This document shows, one piece after another, positions 30,315 to 40,419 of a DNA stretch of 64,000 nucleotides. The notes beneath the pieces are model-generated. The model did no database searches. It saw only the letters and a program-made list of their open reading frames with translations, and was not told where the DNA came from. Origin of the DNA: Terriglobia bacterium. GTDB taxonomy: Bacteria; Acidobacteriota; Terriglobia; JAJPHL01; JAPKYU01. A program made the translations under genes and the position numbers. Location: NCBI GenBank assembly GCA_965223005.1, contig CBDCVK010000003.1:72465-136464 (forward strand). The letters are read 5' to 3'. Numbering within the stretch: position 1 is the first letter of the stretch; each line of letters starts with the position of its first letter.

Positions 30315-31217
30315 TTACCAGCGTCGAGGCCAGAGCCGAGGCCAGCTCCGAGGCGGCATCCAGCGATCCATTGCGAAATTCCAGCCGCGGCGCAGGGCAA
30401 CTCGAGCGCCGGCCAGGACCAACCAGCCGCGCGGAAAAACCACTTTGCCGAAGAACCGCACCAGGGTGTCGTGGGAGAGGATGCAAATACGGTGCAGGTG
30501 GAAGCGGTCCGAGCCCCCATCATTCAGGCCGGGCTGAACGCCAAGGCCAAGCTGGTAGCCGGCCTCGCGCGCCGCCAAACCGACACGCTCTTGGTAGTCC
30601 CCGTACGGGTAGGCCACGTACCGAACGGGAAGACCCAGTTCTTGCTCTAGTTCCTTCTTGCTGAGGACGAGTTCCTCGGACAGGGTCTCAGGGTCAAGCT
30701 GGGTTAAGGACGCATGCGATCGGCTGTGAGACCCCAAGCTGATAACCGGCGCCAGGTTACGCAAGCCTTGCGGACCCAACAGCTTCAGGGGCTTGCCGGC
30801 GGGCAGGTCCCAGCGGTTCAAGTCACCCAGCAAGGAGCTGACAACAAACATAGTGGCGGGAATCTCCCTTTGGCGAAGCAACTGCTTGAGTGGCTCAGTC
30901 ATCTCCTCGTAGCCATCATCGAAGGTCACGGCCACCGCCTTGCGCGGCACCGGCTTGCCTTGCTGCAAGTAGTTCAGCCAATCGTCCAGAGAGATGAAGG
31001 AGAAGCCCAGCCAGCGAAGCAACTTCAACTGCCGGTCAAGCCTGGTCAGCGAAATCGAAGCGGTCGCAACCCCAGAGGAATCCTCCCGCACTGCATGGTA
31101 GGCTAGGATGCGGACTTTGGCGTGTCCATTAGCCCGGGACGCGATTTGCATTGGGCTAAGGTTCATCGCTTGGGCAACTTTGGGAGCAGCCGACAATCTA
31201 GGCGCCCTGTGTTTCAC
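30315..31217 (-). CDS. Polysaccharide deacetylase (CE4)
   Basis: ILAYH, VTFDDGY, GSHSRSH and AYPYG motifs. Confidence 0.9.
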   Translation of the reverse strand: MKHRAPRLSAAPKVAQAMNLSPMQIASRANGHAKVRILAYHAVREDSSGVATASISLTRLDRQLKLLRWLGFSFISLDDWLNYLQQGKPVPRKAVAVTFDDGYEEMTEPLKQLLRQREIPATMFVVSSLLGDLNRWDLPAGKPLKLLGPQGLRNLAPVISLGSHSRSHASLTQLDPETLSEELVLSKKELEQELGLPVRYVAYPYGDYQERVGLAAREAGYQLGLGVQPGLNDGGSDRFHLHRICILSHDTLVRFFGKVVFPRGWLVLAGARVALRRGWNFAMDRWMPPRSWPRLWPRRW

Positions 31218-31466
31218 ATCAGAACCTTCGACGGGTGGCCCTCTGTTCCCTTTTCGGCATCATTCCCACTTCGATGCGAAACGACTGCCCCACTTCCGAT
31301 GGAGTATATCAAATCCGGGCCAGATCAGGTCAACCGAAAGCCGCAAGGGGAATACAGCTCAGGCGGTTCGAGTCCCAGATGCGAATTATTCCTGAAAGGG
31401 GACAAGCGCTACGCCCCTCTGGAGCTTTGGTGGGCCTAAGGTTAAGATCAGGAAAAGCGACGACTG

Positions 31467-32507
31467 ATGACCGAGCTGCGGAAAGAAAAGACTGTCGGCG
31501 TGGTGCTGTTTCAACTTGGAGGGCCAGATTCGCCCGAAGCGGTTGAGCCGTTTCTATACAACCTGTTCTGTGATCCCGACATCATCCAACTGCCGCTGGG
31601 ACGCGCCCGCGCGCCGTTGGCCCGCCTGCTGGCTTCCAAGCGCGCTAGCAAGGTTCAACACCACTACGCGGCCATTGGCGGTCGCTCGCCCATCCGTGAA
31701 TTAACGGAGCAGCAGATGCGCGCCCTGCAAGCTGAATTATTGAAGTCGATGCGGGCACGCGTCGTCCTCGCCATGCGCTACTGGCGCCCGTTGACTGAGG
31801 AAGCGGTGGCGAAACTGGAGTCGGCCGGGCCGGACGAGGTGCCGAACGAGCCGGTGGACGAGCTGGTGTTGCTGCCGCTTTATCCGCAATACTCGAAGAC
31901 AACCACCGGCAGCAGCCTCAACGAGTGGAAGCGCAAATACACGGCTCGGCCGGGCGTGCCGGTCCACACCATTCCCCACTTCTACGACCACCCAGGCTAC
32001 ATTCGGGCGCTGGTGGAGAAAATGCACCAGGGTCTGGCGCGCTTCTCACCCTCGACCAACCTGCACTTGGTGTTCAGCGCGCACGGCGTGCCTGTCAGCG
32101 TCGTGGAAGCCGGCGACCCCTACACAAGACAGACGGAGGAGACGGTGCGACTGGTCATGGAAGCAGGCGGCTGGCAGCATCCGCACCTGCTCTGCTATCA
32201 GAGTAAGGTGGGATCGGGCCGTTGGGTGCAGCCCTCGTTGCTGGCCACCCTGCGCGGGTTAGGCCGGCGCGGCGTTGCCAATGTGCTGGTGGTTCCCATT
32301 TCCTTCGTCACCGACCATGTCGAGACTCTGAACGAGATCAACATTGAAGCACGCGAGGAGGCCAGCCGGGCCGGCATCACCGGTTTCCAGGTGATGCCGG
32401 CGCTCAACGATTCACCCACCTTCATTGCCTGCCTGGCCGATCTGGTGCGAAGGCAAGTGTCAGGGCCAAAGGCGGCCGAGATGCCACCCCCAAAGGGACC
32501 GTGGTGA
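31467..32507 (+). CDS. hemH: Ferrochelatase
   Basis: QLGGP, PLYPQYS, FSAHGVP, YQSKVG and DHVETL motifs. Confidence 0.95.
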   Translation: MTELRKEKTVGVVLFQLGGPDSPEAVEPFLYNLFCDPDIIQLPLGRARAPLARLLASKRASKVQHHYAAIGGRSPIRELTEQQMRALQAELLKSMRARVVLAMRYWRPLTEEAVAKLESAGPDEVPNEPVDELVLLPLYPQYSKTTTGSSLNEWKRKYTARPGVPVHTIPHFYDHPGYIRALVEKMHQGLARFSPSTNLHLVFSAHGVPVSVVEAGDPYTRQTEETVRLVMEAGGWQHPHLLCYQSKVGSGRWVQPSLLATLRGLGRRGVANVLVVPISFVTDHVETLNEINIEAREEASRAGITGFQVMPALNDSPTFIACLADLVRRQVSGPKAAEMPPPKGPW

Positions 32508-32657
32508 TCTGAGCTTGAATCGAAAGAGGGGCGGGCGTATGGTCTTGGGCGAAGGGGAAGCTCAAATCGGAAGTTCCGGCTAGCAACGGCTGGTAAGAAA
32601 AGGACCGAGGTCAGGTCGCCTGGGGCTGATCCTCAAGCTCAACAGGAGGTTTTCACA

Positions 32658-33869
32658 ATGAGTCAATCATTGAGACGCAGAGATTTTCTTAGCTTGGTTG
32701 GGGTGGGAACGGCGGGGCTGTTTGTTTCCCCTTTGGCTTTTGGCTCAAAAACAGATCCGCTTTTCCAGTCGAAGGACGTCTTCACCGCTGGCCTGGACGG
32801 GATTCGCGAGTATAGGATCCCCGCCCTGGTTACCACCAGCAAGGGTACGTTGCTGGCGCTTTGTGACGCCCGGGTGGAGAAGCCCGGTGATGCTCCCAAC
32901 AACATCGACCTGGCTTTGAAGCGCAGTGTCGATAACGGCGAAACCTGGGAGCGAATGAAGATTCTCATTGATTTCCCCGGCTATCAAGCGGCCTGCGATC
33001 CCTGCATGCTGGTCGACCGGCAGACGGGTCACATCTGGATCATCTACGACCACATCTGGCCCACCTTAGAGTCACTGGAAAAGGCTAACAGAACTCTTCC
33101 CGAGGGCCTCCAGCCTGACGGACGAGGCCGGATCATCATGCTTCATGCCATCGTCAGTGACGACGACGGACAAACCTGGTCCCAGCCGAGGGATATCACC
33201 AGCATGCTCACGCAGCCGGGCTGGACCGGGGTGATGGCTGCACCGGGCATGGGTATCCAGATGCGAAATGGCCGTCTGATCGTTCCATGCTACTTCAGCC
33301 GAGGAAAGCCAGCGACGAATGAAAGAGATCACTCCACGGTAGCCTACAGCGACGACCATGGTAAGACGTGGCAACTGGGGGCCGGAGCCGGCCCTGCGAC
33401 GAATGAATGCCAGGTGGTGGAATTAGCGGACGGCAGCTTGATGCTGAACATGCGCAGCTACCACGGAAAAGGATGCCGCGCCGTTGCCACATCCAAGGAC
33501 GGGGGCAAAACCTGGTCTGAGCTGAGTCACGAGTATGCATTGATCGAACCACGTTGTCAGGGAAGCTTCATTCGCTTTACGGATCGGAGGGGTGTCTACG
33601 CCAAGAATCGGCTTTTATTCTCTAATCCGGCCCACAAAAAAGACCGCGTCAACATGACGGTTCGGCTCAGCTATGACGAGGGCAGGACTTGGCTACTCTC
33701 GAAAGTCATCTATCCTGGACCTTCCGCCTATTCGTGTCTGACAGCTCTTCCAGATGGGACAATTGGCCTGCTTTACGAAAACGGCAAGAACGAGCCGTAC
33801 GACCGGATTACTTTTGCGCGATTCAACTTAGAGTGGCTTACCGATGGGAAGGACCAGTTGGCGGTCTGA
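32658..33869 (+). CDS. Exo-alpha-sialidase (GH33) with Tat signal
   Basis: LRRRDFL Tat motif, YRIP and five Asp boxes (e.g. SDDDGQTW, SKDGGKTW); AGGAGG SD. Confidence 0.9.
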   Translation: MSQSLRRRDFLSLVGVGTAGLFVSPLAFGSKTDPLFQSKDVFTAGLDGIREYRIPALVTTSKGTLLALCDARVEKPGDAPNNIDLALKRSVDNGETWERMKILIDFPGYQAACDPCMLVDRQTGHIWIIYDHIWPTLESLEKANRTLPEGLQPDGRGRIIMLHAIVSDDDGQTWSQPRDITSMLTQPGWTGVMAAPGMGIQMRNGRLIVPCYFSRGKPATNERDHSTVAYSDDHGKTWQLGAGAGPATNECQVVELADGSLMLNMRSYHGKGCRAVATSKDGGKTWSELSHEYALIEPRCQGSFIRFTDRRGVYAKNRLLFSNPAHKKDRVNMTVRLSYDEGRTWLLSKVIYPGPSAYSCLTALPDGTIGLLYENGKNEPYDRITFARFNLEWLTDGKDQLAV

Positions 33870-33973
33870 GACTGATCCCCACGGAGCAGCGGATCAGTTT
33901 GAGTCGGCTATAGAAGGGCAACGCCTCCGTTAGGCGCGCCGCAGACGGGATACGGCTGCAACTCACTAGCCGA

Positions 33974-34023
33974 GTTTCAGGTGTCAGCTTCAGACTACAG
34001 CTTGGAACCTGGCACCTGAAACC
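33974..34023. terminator. Hairpin built from CAGGTG repeats between the convergent sialidase and ccmD genes
   Basis: gtttcaggtgtcag (33974-33987) pairs with ctggcacctgaaac (34009-34022), with one G-U pair. Confidence 0.55.
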
Positions 34024-34167
34024 TCAAACCTGTTGATTGCGGGATTCCAGCAGGCGGCGGAGGGCATCCAGGTCGCGGCGGAGCTGGCGCTGGCGCATGG
34101 CGATGCTGAACAGGTAGCCCAGGTGCACCAGCCAGGCAGCGAGGAATCCATAGAAGAGCCAGTTCAT
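34024..34167 (-). CDS. ccmD: CcmD-family small membrane protein (47 aa)
   Basis: MNWLFYGFLAAWLVHLGYLFSIAMRQRQLRR...; ATGA overlap with the ccmC stop. Confidence 0.75.
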   Translation of the reverse strand: MNWLFYGFLAAWLVHLGYLFSIAMRQRQLRRDLDALRRLLESRNQQV

Positions 34168-34850
34168 GAGAGGACCTCCCGGCGCAACGCCTCCACTTCC
34201 TGGCGCGCTTGTTCCAGTTGCAGGCGCTGGTACATAAGGAAAGCAAACAGCAGCAGCAGCGCCCCGAGTGCTTGCAACAGCCCCAGCCACATCTGCGGAT
34301 CGAGGCCCGAGTCGGAGCCGCCGGCGATCACCGGCTGCGGGTGTTGGGTCCGCCACCAGCGGTTGGCCATGTACACCAGGGGCACGTCCAGGAAACCGAG
34401 GATGCTGAGCACGGCAGAGATGGTGGCCCGCCGCGTCGGCTCATCCAGGAAACCGCGCAGTACCAGGTAGGAGACATAGATCAGCCACAGCACGAAGGTG
34501 GAAGTCAGCCGGGCGTCCCACGTCCACCAGATGCCCCACACCGGCTTCGCCCAGATGGGTCCAGTCACCAGCACCACCGAGCAAAAGACCACGCCAATTT
34601 CTGCCGCCGAAACCGCCCAGCGGTCCCACCTAAAGTTCCGGCTGACCAGGTAGGCGACGCTGGCCCCGGCTGAAACAGCGAAGGCGAGAAAAGCCACCAC
34701 CGCCGACGGCAAATGAAAGTAGAAGATGCGCTGCACCGCGCCCATGGTGACTTCCATGGGCACTTCCAGGAAGATGGCGTGCAGCGCTTTGGCCATCACC
34801 CCCAGCGTGACGGCGAACAGGACCAAAGCGGTGATTGGACGTTGGTTCAC
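34164..34850 (-). CDS. ccmC: Heme chaperone/exporter CcmC
   Basis: IFYFHLP, WAKPVWGIWWTWDARLT (WWD domain) and WWRTQHP motifs. Confidence 0.94.
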   Translation of the reverse strand: MNQRPITALVLFAVTLGVMAKALHAIFLEVPMEVTMGAVQRIFYFHLPSAVVAFLAFAVSAGASVAYLVSRNFRWDRWAVSAAEIGVVFCSVVLVTGPIWAKPVWGIWWTWDARLTSTFVLWLIYVSYLVLRGFLDEPTRRATISAVLSILGFLDVPLVYMANRWWRTQHPQPVIAGGSDSGLDPQMWLGLLQALGALLLLFAFLMYQRLQLEQARQEVEALRREVLS

Positions 34851-34913
34851 AGCTTCTCCCCAAGGTATAGCCAAAGGTATAGCGGGCCAACCACCGGTCT
34901 GTTGCCCGCTCCC

Positions 34914-35594
34914 TTACGGTTCCGCCAGCACATATTCCACCAGCAGCAGCGAGGCCACCGTAAAGATAATATCGAAGCCCAACATGAGCTTCATCCATAG
35001 CTGGTAAGCGCGCCAGGGCTGCGCCGCCAGCACCGCAGTGGTGGCCTGGACTATGGCGAGCAGCAGGGGCGTGAGAAGGGGAAACAGCAGCACGGGCAGC
35101 ATCATCTCGCGGGTGCGGATGGTGATGGTCATCCCCGCTAGCAGGGTGCCCAGCACGGCGAATCCCCAGGTGCCCAGTAGCAGGATCGCCGCCAGCGGCG
35201 CCGCATGCTCGAGCACGCTCACGTTGTAGAATACCGCGAACAGCGGCAGCATCAGCAGCTCCATCAGAAACAGGAAGCCAACGTTGCCCAGCACCTTACC
35301 TAGGTAAAGCGCCGCCGGAGAAACCGGCGCCGCCAGCAGCCCGAGCAGCGCGTCGTTGGGCAGCTCGCGGGCAAAGCTGCGGTTCAAGGCCAGAATCCCG
35401 GCGAAGGTGATGGCCACCCAGAGCAGGCCGCCGGAAATCTGCCGGGTCTCCTCCGCGGTGGGCTCGAACGAGAAGCTGAAGGTCACCAGCACGATGAGCG
35501 CAAACAGCAGGCTGGTGTTCAGCACCTCCTTGGTGCGGCGCTCGGCGCGTGCGTCTTTGCCCAGCACGGCCAGAGATGCTTTCCAGAACCCCAC
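34914..35594 (-). CDS. ccmB: CcmB permease
   Basis: GGLLWVAITFAG, RSFARE and REMMLPVLLFP motifs. Confidence 0.93.
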   Translation of the reverse strand: MGFWKASLAVLGKDARAERRTKEVLNTSLLFALIVLVTFSFSFEPTAEETRQISGGLLWVAITFAGILALNRSFARELPNDALLGLLAAPVSPAALYLGKVLGNVGFLFLMELLMLPLFAVFYNVSVLEHAAPLAAILLLGTWGFAVLGTLLAGMTITIRTREMMLPVLLFPLLTPLLLAIVQATTAVLAAQPWRAYQLWMKLMLGFDIIFTVASLLLVEYVLAEP

Positions 35595-35595
35595 C

Positions 35596-36327
35596 TCAGG
35601 TCCTCCCCGTTTCCGAGCCTGTTTCCGAGCCCGTTTCCGAGATTGACGCGCGGCGCACCGAATGCGGAGTGCTCTCGCCGAAGCGGGTCATCCGTCCGCG
35701 TTCCAATACCAGCACGGTGGTGGCCAGCTCCAGCGCCTGCCGCTGGTCGTGGGAGCTGAAGACGACGGTGCGGCCGGCGGTGCGCCAGCCCGCCAGCAGA
35801 TCACGCAGCGCCTGCGCCGCCGACTCGTCCAGCCCGGTGAAGGGCTCGTCCAGCAGTGCCAGGTCCGGTTCGTGCAGAAAGGCGCGGCCCAGAGCCAGCC
35901 GCTGCCGCATGCCGCGGGAAAAATGACGGACCAGTTGGTCGCCAACCTCAGTCAGTCCGGCCGCCCTCAGTTGGCCCTCGACGCGCGCGGCGCGGTCGCT
36001 GAGTCCGTAGAGGCGCGCGAAGAACTCCAGGTTCTCGCGTGCCGTTAATTCCTCGTAAAGGAACGTCTGGTGGCTGAGCAGGCCGATGGACGCTTTGGCG
36101 GCCAGCCGCGCGGTTCCGGCCATCTCCACCCCGCCAATGCGCACGCTGCCGCTGGTGGGTTGCGTCAGCAACGCCAGCAGGTGAAGCAGCGTGGTCTTAC
36201 CGGCTCCATTGGGACCGAGCAGGGCCAGCACTTCCCCGGGCCGCAGCCCGAACTCCACCTTCCGCAGCGCCGGCTGCTCCCCGTAGGATTTGTTTAGCTG
36301 GATAGCCTCGAGAGCGAAGAGAGACAC
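35596..36327 (-). CDS. ccmA: CcmA ABC ATPase
   Basis: GPNGAGKTT, FSRGMRQR and LDEPFTGLD motifs; upstream of ccmB. Confidence 0.9.
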   Translation of the reverse strand: MSLFALEAIQLNKSYGEQPALRKVEFGLRPGEVLALLGPNGAGKTTLLHLLALLTQPTSGSVRIGGVEMAGTARLAAKASIGLLSHQTFLYEELTARENLEFFARLYGLSDRAARVEGQLRAAGLTEVGDQLVRHFSRGMRQRLALGRAFLHEPDLALLDEPFTGLDESAAQALRDLLAGWRTAGRTVVFSSHDQRQALELATTVLVLERGRMTRFGESTPHSVRRASISETGSETGSETGRT

Positions 36328-36345
36328 GATAATCGGCGCCCGTGG

Positions 36346-37821
36346 TCAAGCCCGGCGCTTGCGGGAGGGGGCTCCGCCGCGGGCAACCTGTCTGGGCAGG
36401 GTACCAGGCTTTTGCTGAAGCCATAGGCGCAGGAAACCCATCCCCAGCGCAGCCAACACCATCGCCAGCAGATACTCGCGCCACTCCCCGACCGGGCCCA
36501 GCCGGGAAACGACGTCGGAATCGTTCTCGGCCGCGCCGCCCCCCTCACCCGTCGCACCCAATGCTGGCCGCCCTTCGCCCGCCAGCCGCACCGTCCAGCG
36601 ATCGTTGCGCGCCAGGTCGTGGATTCGAAAACCAGTCTCCGGCTCGGTACTCAAGAAGCGCACCCCTTCGCCTTCCAGAGTGACACCTTCGGGAACCGCC
36701 AGCAGCGTGCGCTCTACCTCCTCGACCGCCTGCGACTCAAACTCCAGCGAGCCAGGATAATCCAGGTGATAGTTGACCCCGATTCGGTTCTCGCCAGGCT
36801 TAAGCGGATGGCTAACGGCCAGCACGCCGGACTGAGCGACGTACGGCCGCGGCTCCAACGGAATCGACATACCAGCCGCGCCTCGGAGGCTGACCTGCAC
36901 GTTACGGCTGCCCCCCTCCGGGACAAAGAACCGGAACGTGTTGCCCGCCGGGGCATAGGTGGCCGGCGGGTCCGATCCGTTCCACAGGCGGTAGGATTCG
37001 ATCACCAATAGCTTGCCCCTCGTAGGGTGCAAAATCACCGCGCGCTCAGCCACGCGAATGGCGGAAGCCGGAGCGCCGGCTTCATAAATCGCCAGCTCTA
37101 CGGGTGCAGTGCCCACAGTGGGCTCGGTGTAGCGCACGCCGCCATGCTCCACCTGCACCAGCAACATCGCTGGCGGCGCAGGCACCTCGACAGGTTGAAA
37201 GCGGAAGCGCCCCCCACGGTCGCTGATCACCTGCTCCAGCGACTCTTTGCTCTCGCCGGCGCGGATCAGCGCCACTAGCGCGCCGGTGGCCGGATTACCC
37301 GTGGTGCCATTGCGCACGACTCCCTCAACTGCCACCTGCTCGGCAACTGCGGGCAGTGCGGCGATACTCACCCCAGCGAGCAGCAGCAAAACCACCACCA
37401 TCTGCAGGCGGGTGCCGCATTCCGAGCAGTGCTTGTGCTTCGCCGGGTTCGGATGTCCGCAGGAAGGGCAAAGAGGGGCCTCACCTCCGCTTGCCGTCTC
37501 CACTGCCGGCTCGGCCGTGTCGGCTGCCTTGCGCTTGCCTGCCGGCTCCCGACGGGTTTCTAACTCCTCAATCTGCTTCATCACCAGTGCCAGCTCGTAT
37601 TGCAGAGAGGTTTTTAACTGCTGGTAATCTTCGTCGGAGAACTTGCCGGTGCGGTATTCAAAGTGCAGGTCCTTCAGGTTGTCATAAAGGACCTTCTTCT
37701 TCTCCTGCAGATGATCCAGCCGAGTAGGCGGCTGGGGGACGTGGATTTCCTGCCGGGGAACCCACAGCGTGTACAGGAGCACGAACCCGGCCAGTGCAGC
37801 ACAGACCAGGACCACGCTCAT
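36346..37821 (-). CDS. Ccm-associated membrane protein (CcmI-like N-terminus, zinc ribbon, second hydrophobic segment, beta-rich domain, C-terminal TM)
   Basis: LKDLHFEYRTGKFSDEDY, CPSC...CSECG and internal hydrophobic stretch VVVLLLLAGVSIAALPAVA; embedded in the ccm operon. Confidence 0.7.
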   Translation of the reverse strand: MSVVLVCAALAGFVLLYTLWVPRQEIHVPQPPTRLDHLQEKKKVLYDNLKDLHFEYRTGKFSDEDYQQLKTSLQYELALVMKQIEELETRREPAGKRKAADTAEPAVETASGGEAPLCPSCGHPNPAKHKHCSECGTRLQMVVVLLLLAGVSIAALPAVAEQVAVEGVVRNGTTGNPATGALVALIRAGESKESLEQVISDRGGRFRFQPVEVPAPPAMLLVQVEHGGVRYTEPTVGTAPVELAIYEAGAPASAIRVAERAVILHPTRGKLLVIESYRLWNGSDPPATYAPAGNTFRFFVPEGGSRNVQVSLRGAAGMSIPLEPRPYVAQSGVLAVSHPLKPGENRIGVNYHLDYPGSLEFESQAVEEVERTLLAVPEGVTLEGEGVRFLSTEPETGFRIHDLARNDRWTVRLAGEGRPALGATGEGGGAAENDSDVVSRLGPVGEWREYLLAMVLAALGMGFLRLWLQQKPGTLPRQVARGGAPSRKRRA

Positions 37822-38354
37822 GCCTCGCGCTCCAGCTCTTCGTCAATCGAGGCAGTGTAGCGTTGGAGAGGACCGCTGGGGAGGGTATCGCTGGCGCGGG
37901 TACCGCTGCTGGGCGCGGCGGTTGAGGCCGGTGGGCCGGCACGTTCGGCCGCCGGCTGCGGCCGCCAGCGCTTCACGACCCGGAAAATCACTGCCAGGCC
38001 CAACAACAGCGCGGCCACAGGCATGATCCAGGCCACCAGGCCGATGCCCCGGGCAGGCGGCGTCGCCAGGACGCCGGCGCCCATCTGCTGGACGAACTCC
38101 TCGACGATCCCTTCTTCGCTCTTCCCCGCGGCGATCGAGGCGCGGACCTGATCCCGCATGGGGTAGGCGGTGCCACAGGGATGCATATTGCATCCCTGCA
38201 GGTGCTGCCCGCACCCGCACTGGCACAGCAGCCGGTCCGAGAGGCGGTTGAACGCCTCTTCCGAAGGGCTGGCGCGGCGCGGACTGAGGGCACCCGCGAT
38301 GACCAAGCCTACTGCGACCAGGCTCACCGCGGCGATCTTATGCCAGGACTTCAT
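37818..38354 (-). CDS. ccmH: CcmH/NrfF-like protein
   Basis: LLCQCGCGQ.LQGC...C, GKSEEGIVEEFV..G..VLATPP and AWIMP motifs. Confidence 0.85.
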   Translation of the reverse strand: MKSWHKIAAVSLVAVGLVIAGALSPRRASPSEEAFNRLSDRLLCQCGCGQHLQGCNMHPCGTAYPMRDQVRASIAAGKSEEGIVEEFVQQMGAGVLATPPARGIGLVAWIMPVAALLLGLAVIFRVVKRWRPQPAAERAGPPASTAAPSSGTRASDTLPSGPLQRYTASIDEELEREA

Positions 38355-40416
38355 CCTTTTGTTTGGTCCTTTGAGACGCGATCTTGAGGGCCACGCGCGC
38401 CGGCGGCGGCGGACGATTGGGAACCAAGGCAATGCCGGTTCCCAGCGCCATCACCAACCCTCCCAGCCAGATCCAATTCACCAGCGGGTTCAGGAACACC
38501 TGGAGGAAGGCACCGCCGTCGGTGCCGGCCTCGGCCAGCACCACGTACAGGTCCTCGCTCATGCGGGAGCGGATGGCCACTTCACTGGTCGGCTGTTGGC
38601 TGGTCTTAAACATGCGCTTTTCCGGCATCATCGTGTCGATGGGCTGGCCGTTCTTTTTGGCGTGGACGTAGGCGCGCTGGAAAGCGTAGTTATCGGTCTC
38701 ACCCATCTCCACGCTGTGCAGCGTGAGGGTGAAATTTCGAACTAGCAGCGGCTCGCCGGGCTTCAACTGGCCCTGCTTCTCGACGTTAAAGGCAGCGCCC
38801 GTGAAGCCAATGAAGACGAACACGATTCCCAGGTGGACGATGTAGCCGCCGTAGCGGCGCGTGTTCCGCAGGGTGAGCTGCGCGGCCGCCCGGGGCAGCG
38901 AAACGGCTGTCTTGCGCCGGATAGCCCACGCGCCCCGGTAGAATTCCGAGATCACCGTGGCGGCCACAAAGCCACACAGGGTGAACGAGACCAGCGGGTA
39001 GAAACCGCGGGCGCCGAGCCAAAAGGTCAAAGCCCCGAACGCCACACCAAACAACGCCGGTGGAAACAGGCTCTTCTCCAGGCTCTTGAGGGAACTGCGC
39101 CGCCAGGCGATCAGCGGTCCCACGCCGGTCAGGAACAGGAGAAACAGTCCTATGGGGATGTTCACCGTGTTGAAAAACGGTGGGCCCACGGTGATCTTGG
39201 TACCCTGAATGGCCTCGGTGATCACTGGGAACAGCGTGCCCCACAGCACGGCAAAGCAGGCGGCGAGCAAAATCAGGTTATTGAACAGGAAGCTGGACTC
39301 GCGAGAGACCACCGATTCCAGATGATTCTCGCTCGTCAAGTAGTCATGCGGCAGGAAATGTGGCCATGGGCGTGGCCATGGGCGGAGTCGTAGGCCCCGC
39401 CGGATTAGGATCAGCACGATCGAGAAGAGGATGCCTACCCCCAGGAAGCCAACAAAGTAGTCGCCGATGGGCGACAGGGCAAAAGTGTGGACCGAGCTGA
39501 CAATGCCGCTGCGCGTCAAGAAGGTTCCGAAGATGCACAGGAAGAAAGTGGTGAACACCAGCACCATGTTCCACACCTTCATCATGCCCTTCTTCTCCTG
39601 CATCATCACCGAATGCAGGAAGGCGGTGCCAGTCAGCCAGGGCAGCAGCGAGGCGTTCTCCACCGGGTCCCACCCCCAGTACCCGCCCCAGCCCAGCACG
39701 GCGTAGGCCCAGCGGGCGCCCAGCAGGACGCCAACCGTCTGGAACAGCCAGGCGATCATGGTCCAGTTGCGGGTGGCCCGGATCCAACCCTCGCCGGGAG
39801 CGCGGGTGATCAGGGCGGCCATGGCGAAGGCGAAGGGCACCGAGAAGCCGATGTAGCCCAGGTAAAGCATCGGCGGGTGGATGGCCATCATCCAGTACTG
39901 CAGCAGTGGGTTCATCCCGTTGCCGTCGGGGGGAACGAACCGAGCGAAGCCCTCGGAAGTCTCGAACCCCAACAGGGTGAACGGGTGGACGACAAACAGG
40001 TTCAGCACCAGGAAAAAGCCTTGTACCACCATCAAGGTGGCAATGACGTAGGGTTGCAGCTCGGGCAGATGCCGCCGGTTCAGCCGGACTGCAATCACGC
40101 TGTAGCAGGCCAGCAGCCAGCTCCAGAACAGCAGCGAGCCTTCCTGGCCCGACCATAGCGCGCTGAGCTTGTAGATGGCCGGCATGGTGATGTTGCTGTG
40201 TGCGGCCACGTTCGCGACGTGGAAACTGTCCTGCTGAAACAACACCACCAGCGCGCCGATGGCCACCGTCAAGGACACCCACAGGGCGGTGACGGAGCGC
40301 CCCGCGCTGGCCACCAGCGTCGGCCGATGGGACCAGTGCCCGGCCAGCGCCGCCACCAGGGCGTACAGGCACAACCCGAACGCCAGAACTAGGGCGAATG
40401 CCCCTATGTGCTCCAT
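38338..40416 (-). CDS. ccmF: Cytochrome c heme lyase CcmF
   Basis: WSGQEGSLLFW, IHPPMLY, WGGYWGWDPVENASLLPWL and SVHTF motifs. Confidence 0.96.
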   Translation of the reverse strand: MEHIGAFALVLAFGLCLYALVAALAGHWSHRPTLVASAGRSVTALWVSLTVAIGALVVLFQQDSFHVANVAAHSNITMPAIYKLSALWSGQEGSLLFWSWLLACYSVIAVRLNRRHLPELQPYVIATLMVVQGFFLVLNLFVVHPFTLLGFETSEGFARFVPPDGNGMNPLLQYWMMAIHPPMLYLGYIGFSVPFAFAMAALITRAPGEGWIRATRNWTMIAWLFQTVGVLLGARWAYAVLGWGGYWGWDPVENASLLPWLTGTAFLHSVMMQEKKGMMKVWNMVLVFTTFFLCIFGTFLTRSGIVSSVHTFALSPIGDYFVGFLGVGILFSIVLILIRRGLRLRPWPRPWPHFLPHDYLTSENHLESVVSRESSFLFNNLILLAACFAVLWGTLFPVITEAIQGTKITVGPPFFNTVNIPIGLFLLFLTGVGPLIAWRRSSLKSLEKSLFPPALFGVAFGALTFWLGARGFYPLVSFTLCGFVAATVISEFYRGAWAIRRKTAVSLPRAAAQLTLRNTRRYGGYIVHLGIVFVFIGFTGAAFNVEKQGQLKPGEPLLVRNFTLTLHSVEMGETDNYAFQRAYVHAKKNGQPIDTMMPEKRMFKTSQQPTSEVAIRSRMSEDLYVVLAEAGTDGGAFLQVFLNPLVNWIWLGGLVMALGTGIALVPNRPPPPARVALKIASQRTKQKDEVLA

Positions 40417-40419
40417 GGA

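Noticed and set aside
31347-31393. tRNA-like fragments (GGGGAATA-CAGCTCAG...GGTTCGAGTCCC...TATTCCT) upstream of hemH
   Set aside because: Only about 47 nt, with no anticodon arm, no proper T-stem and no CCA; it cannot be called a tRNA, though a remnant cannot be excluded
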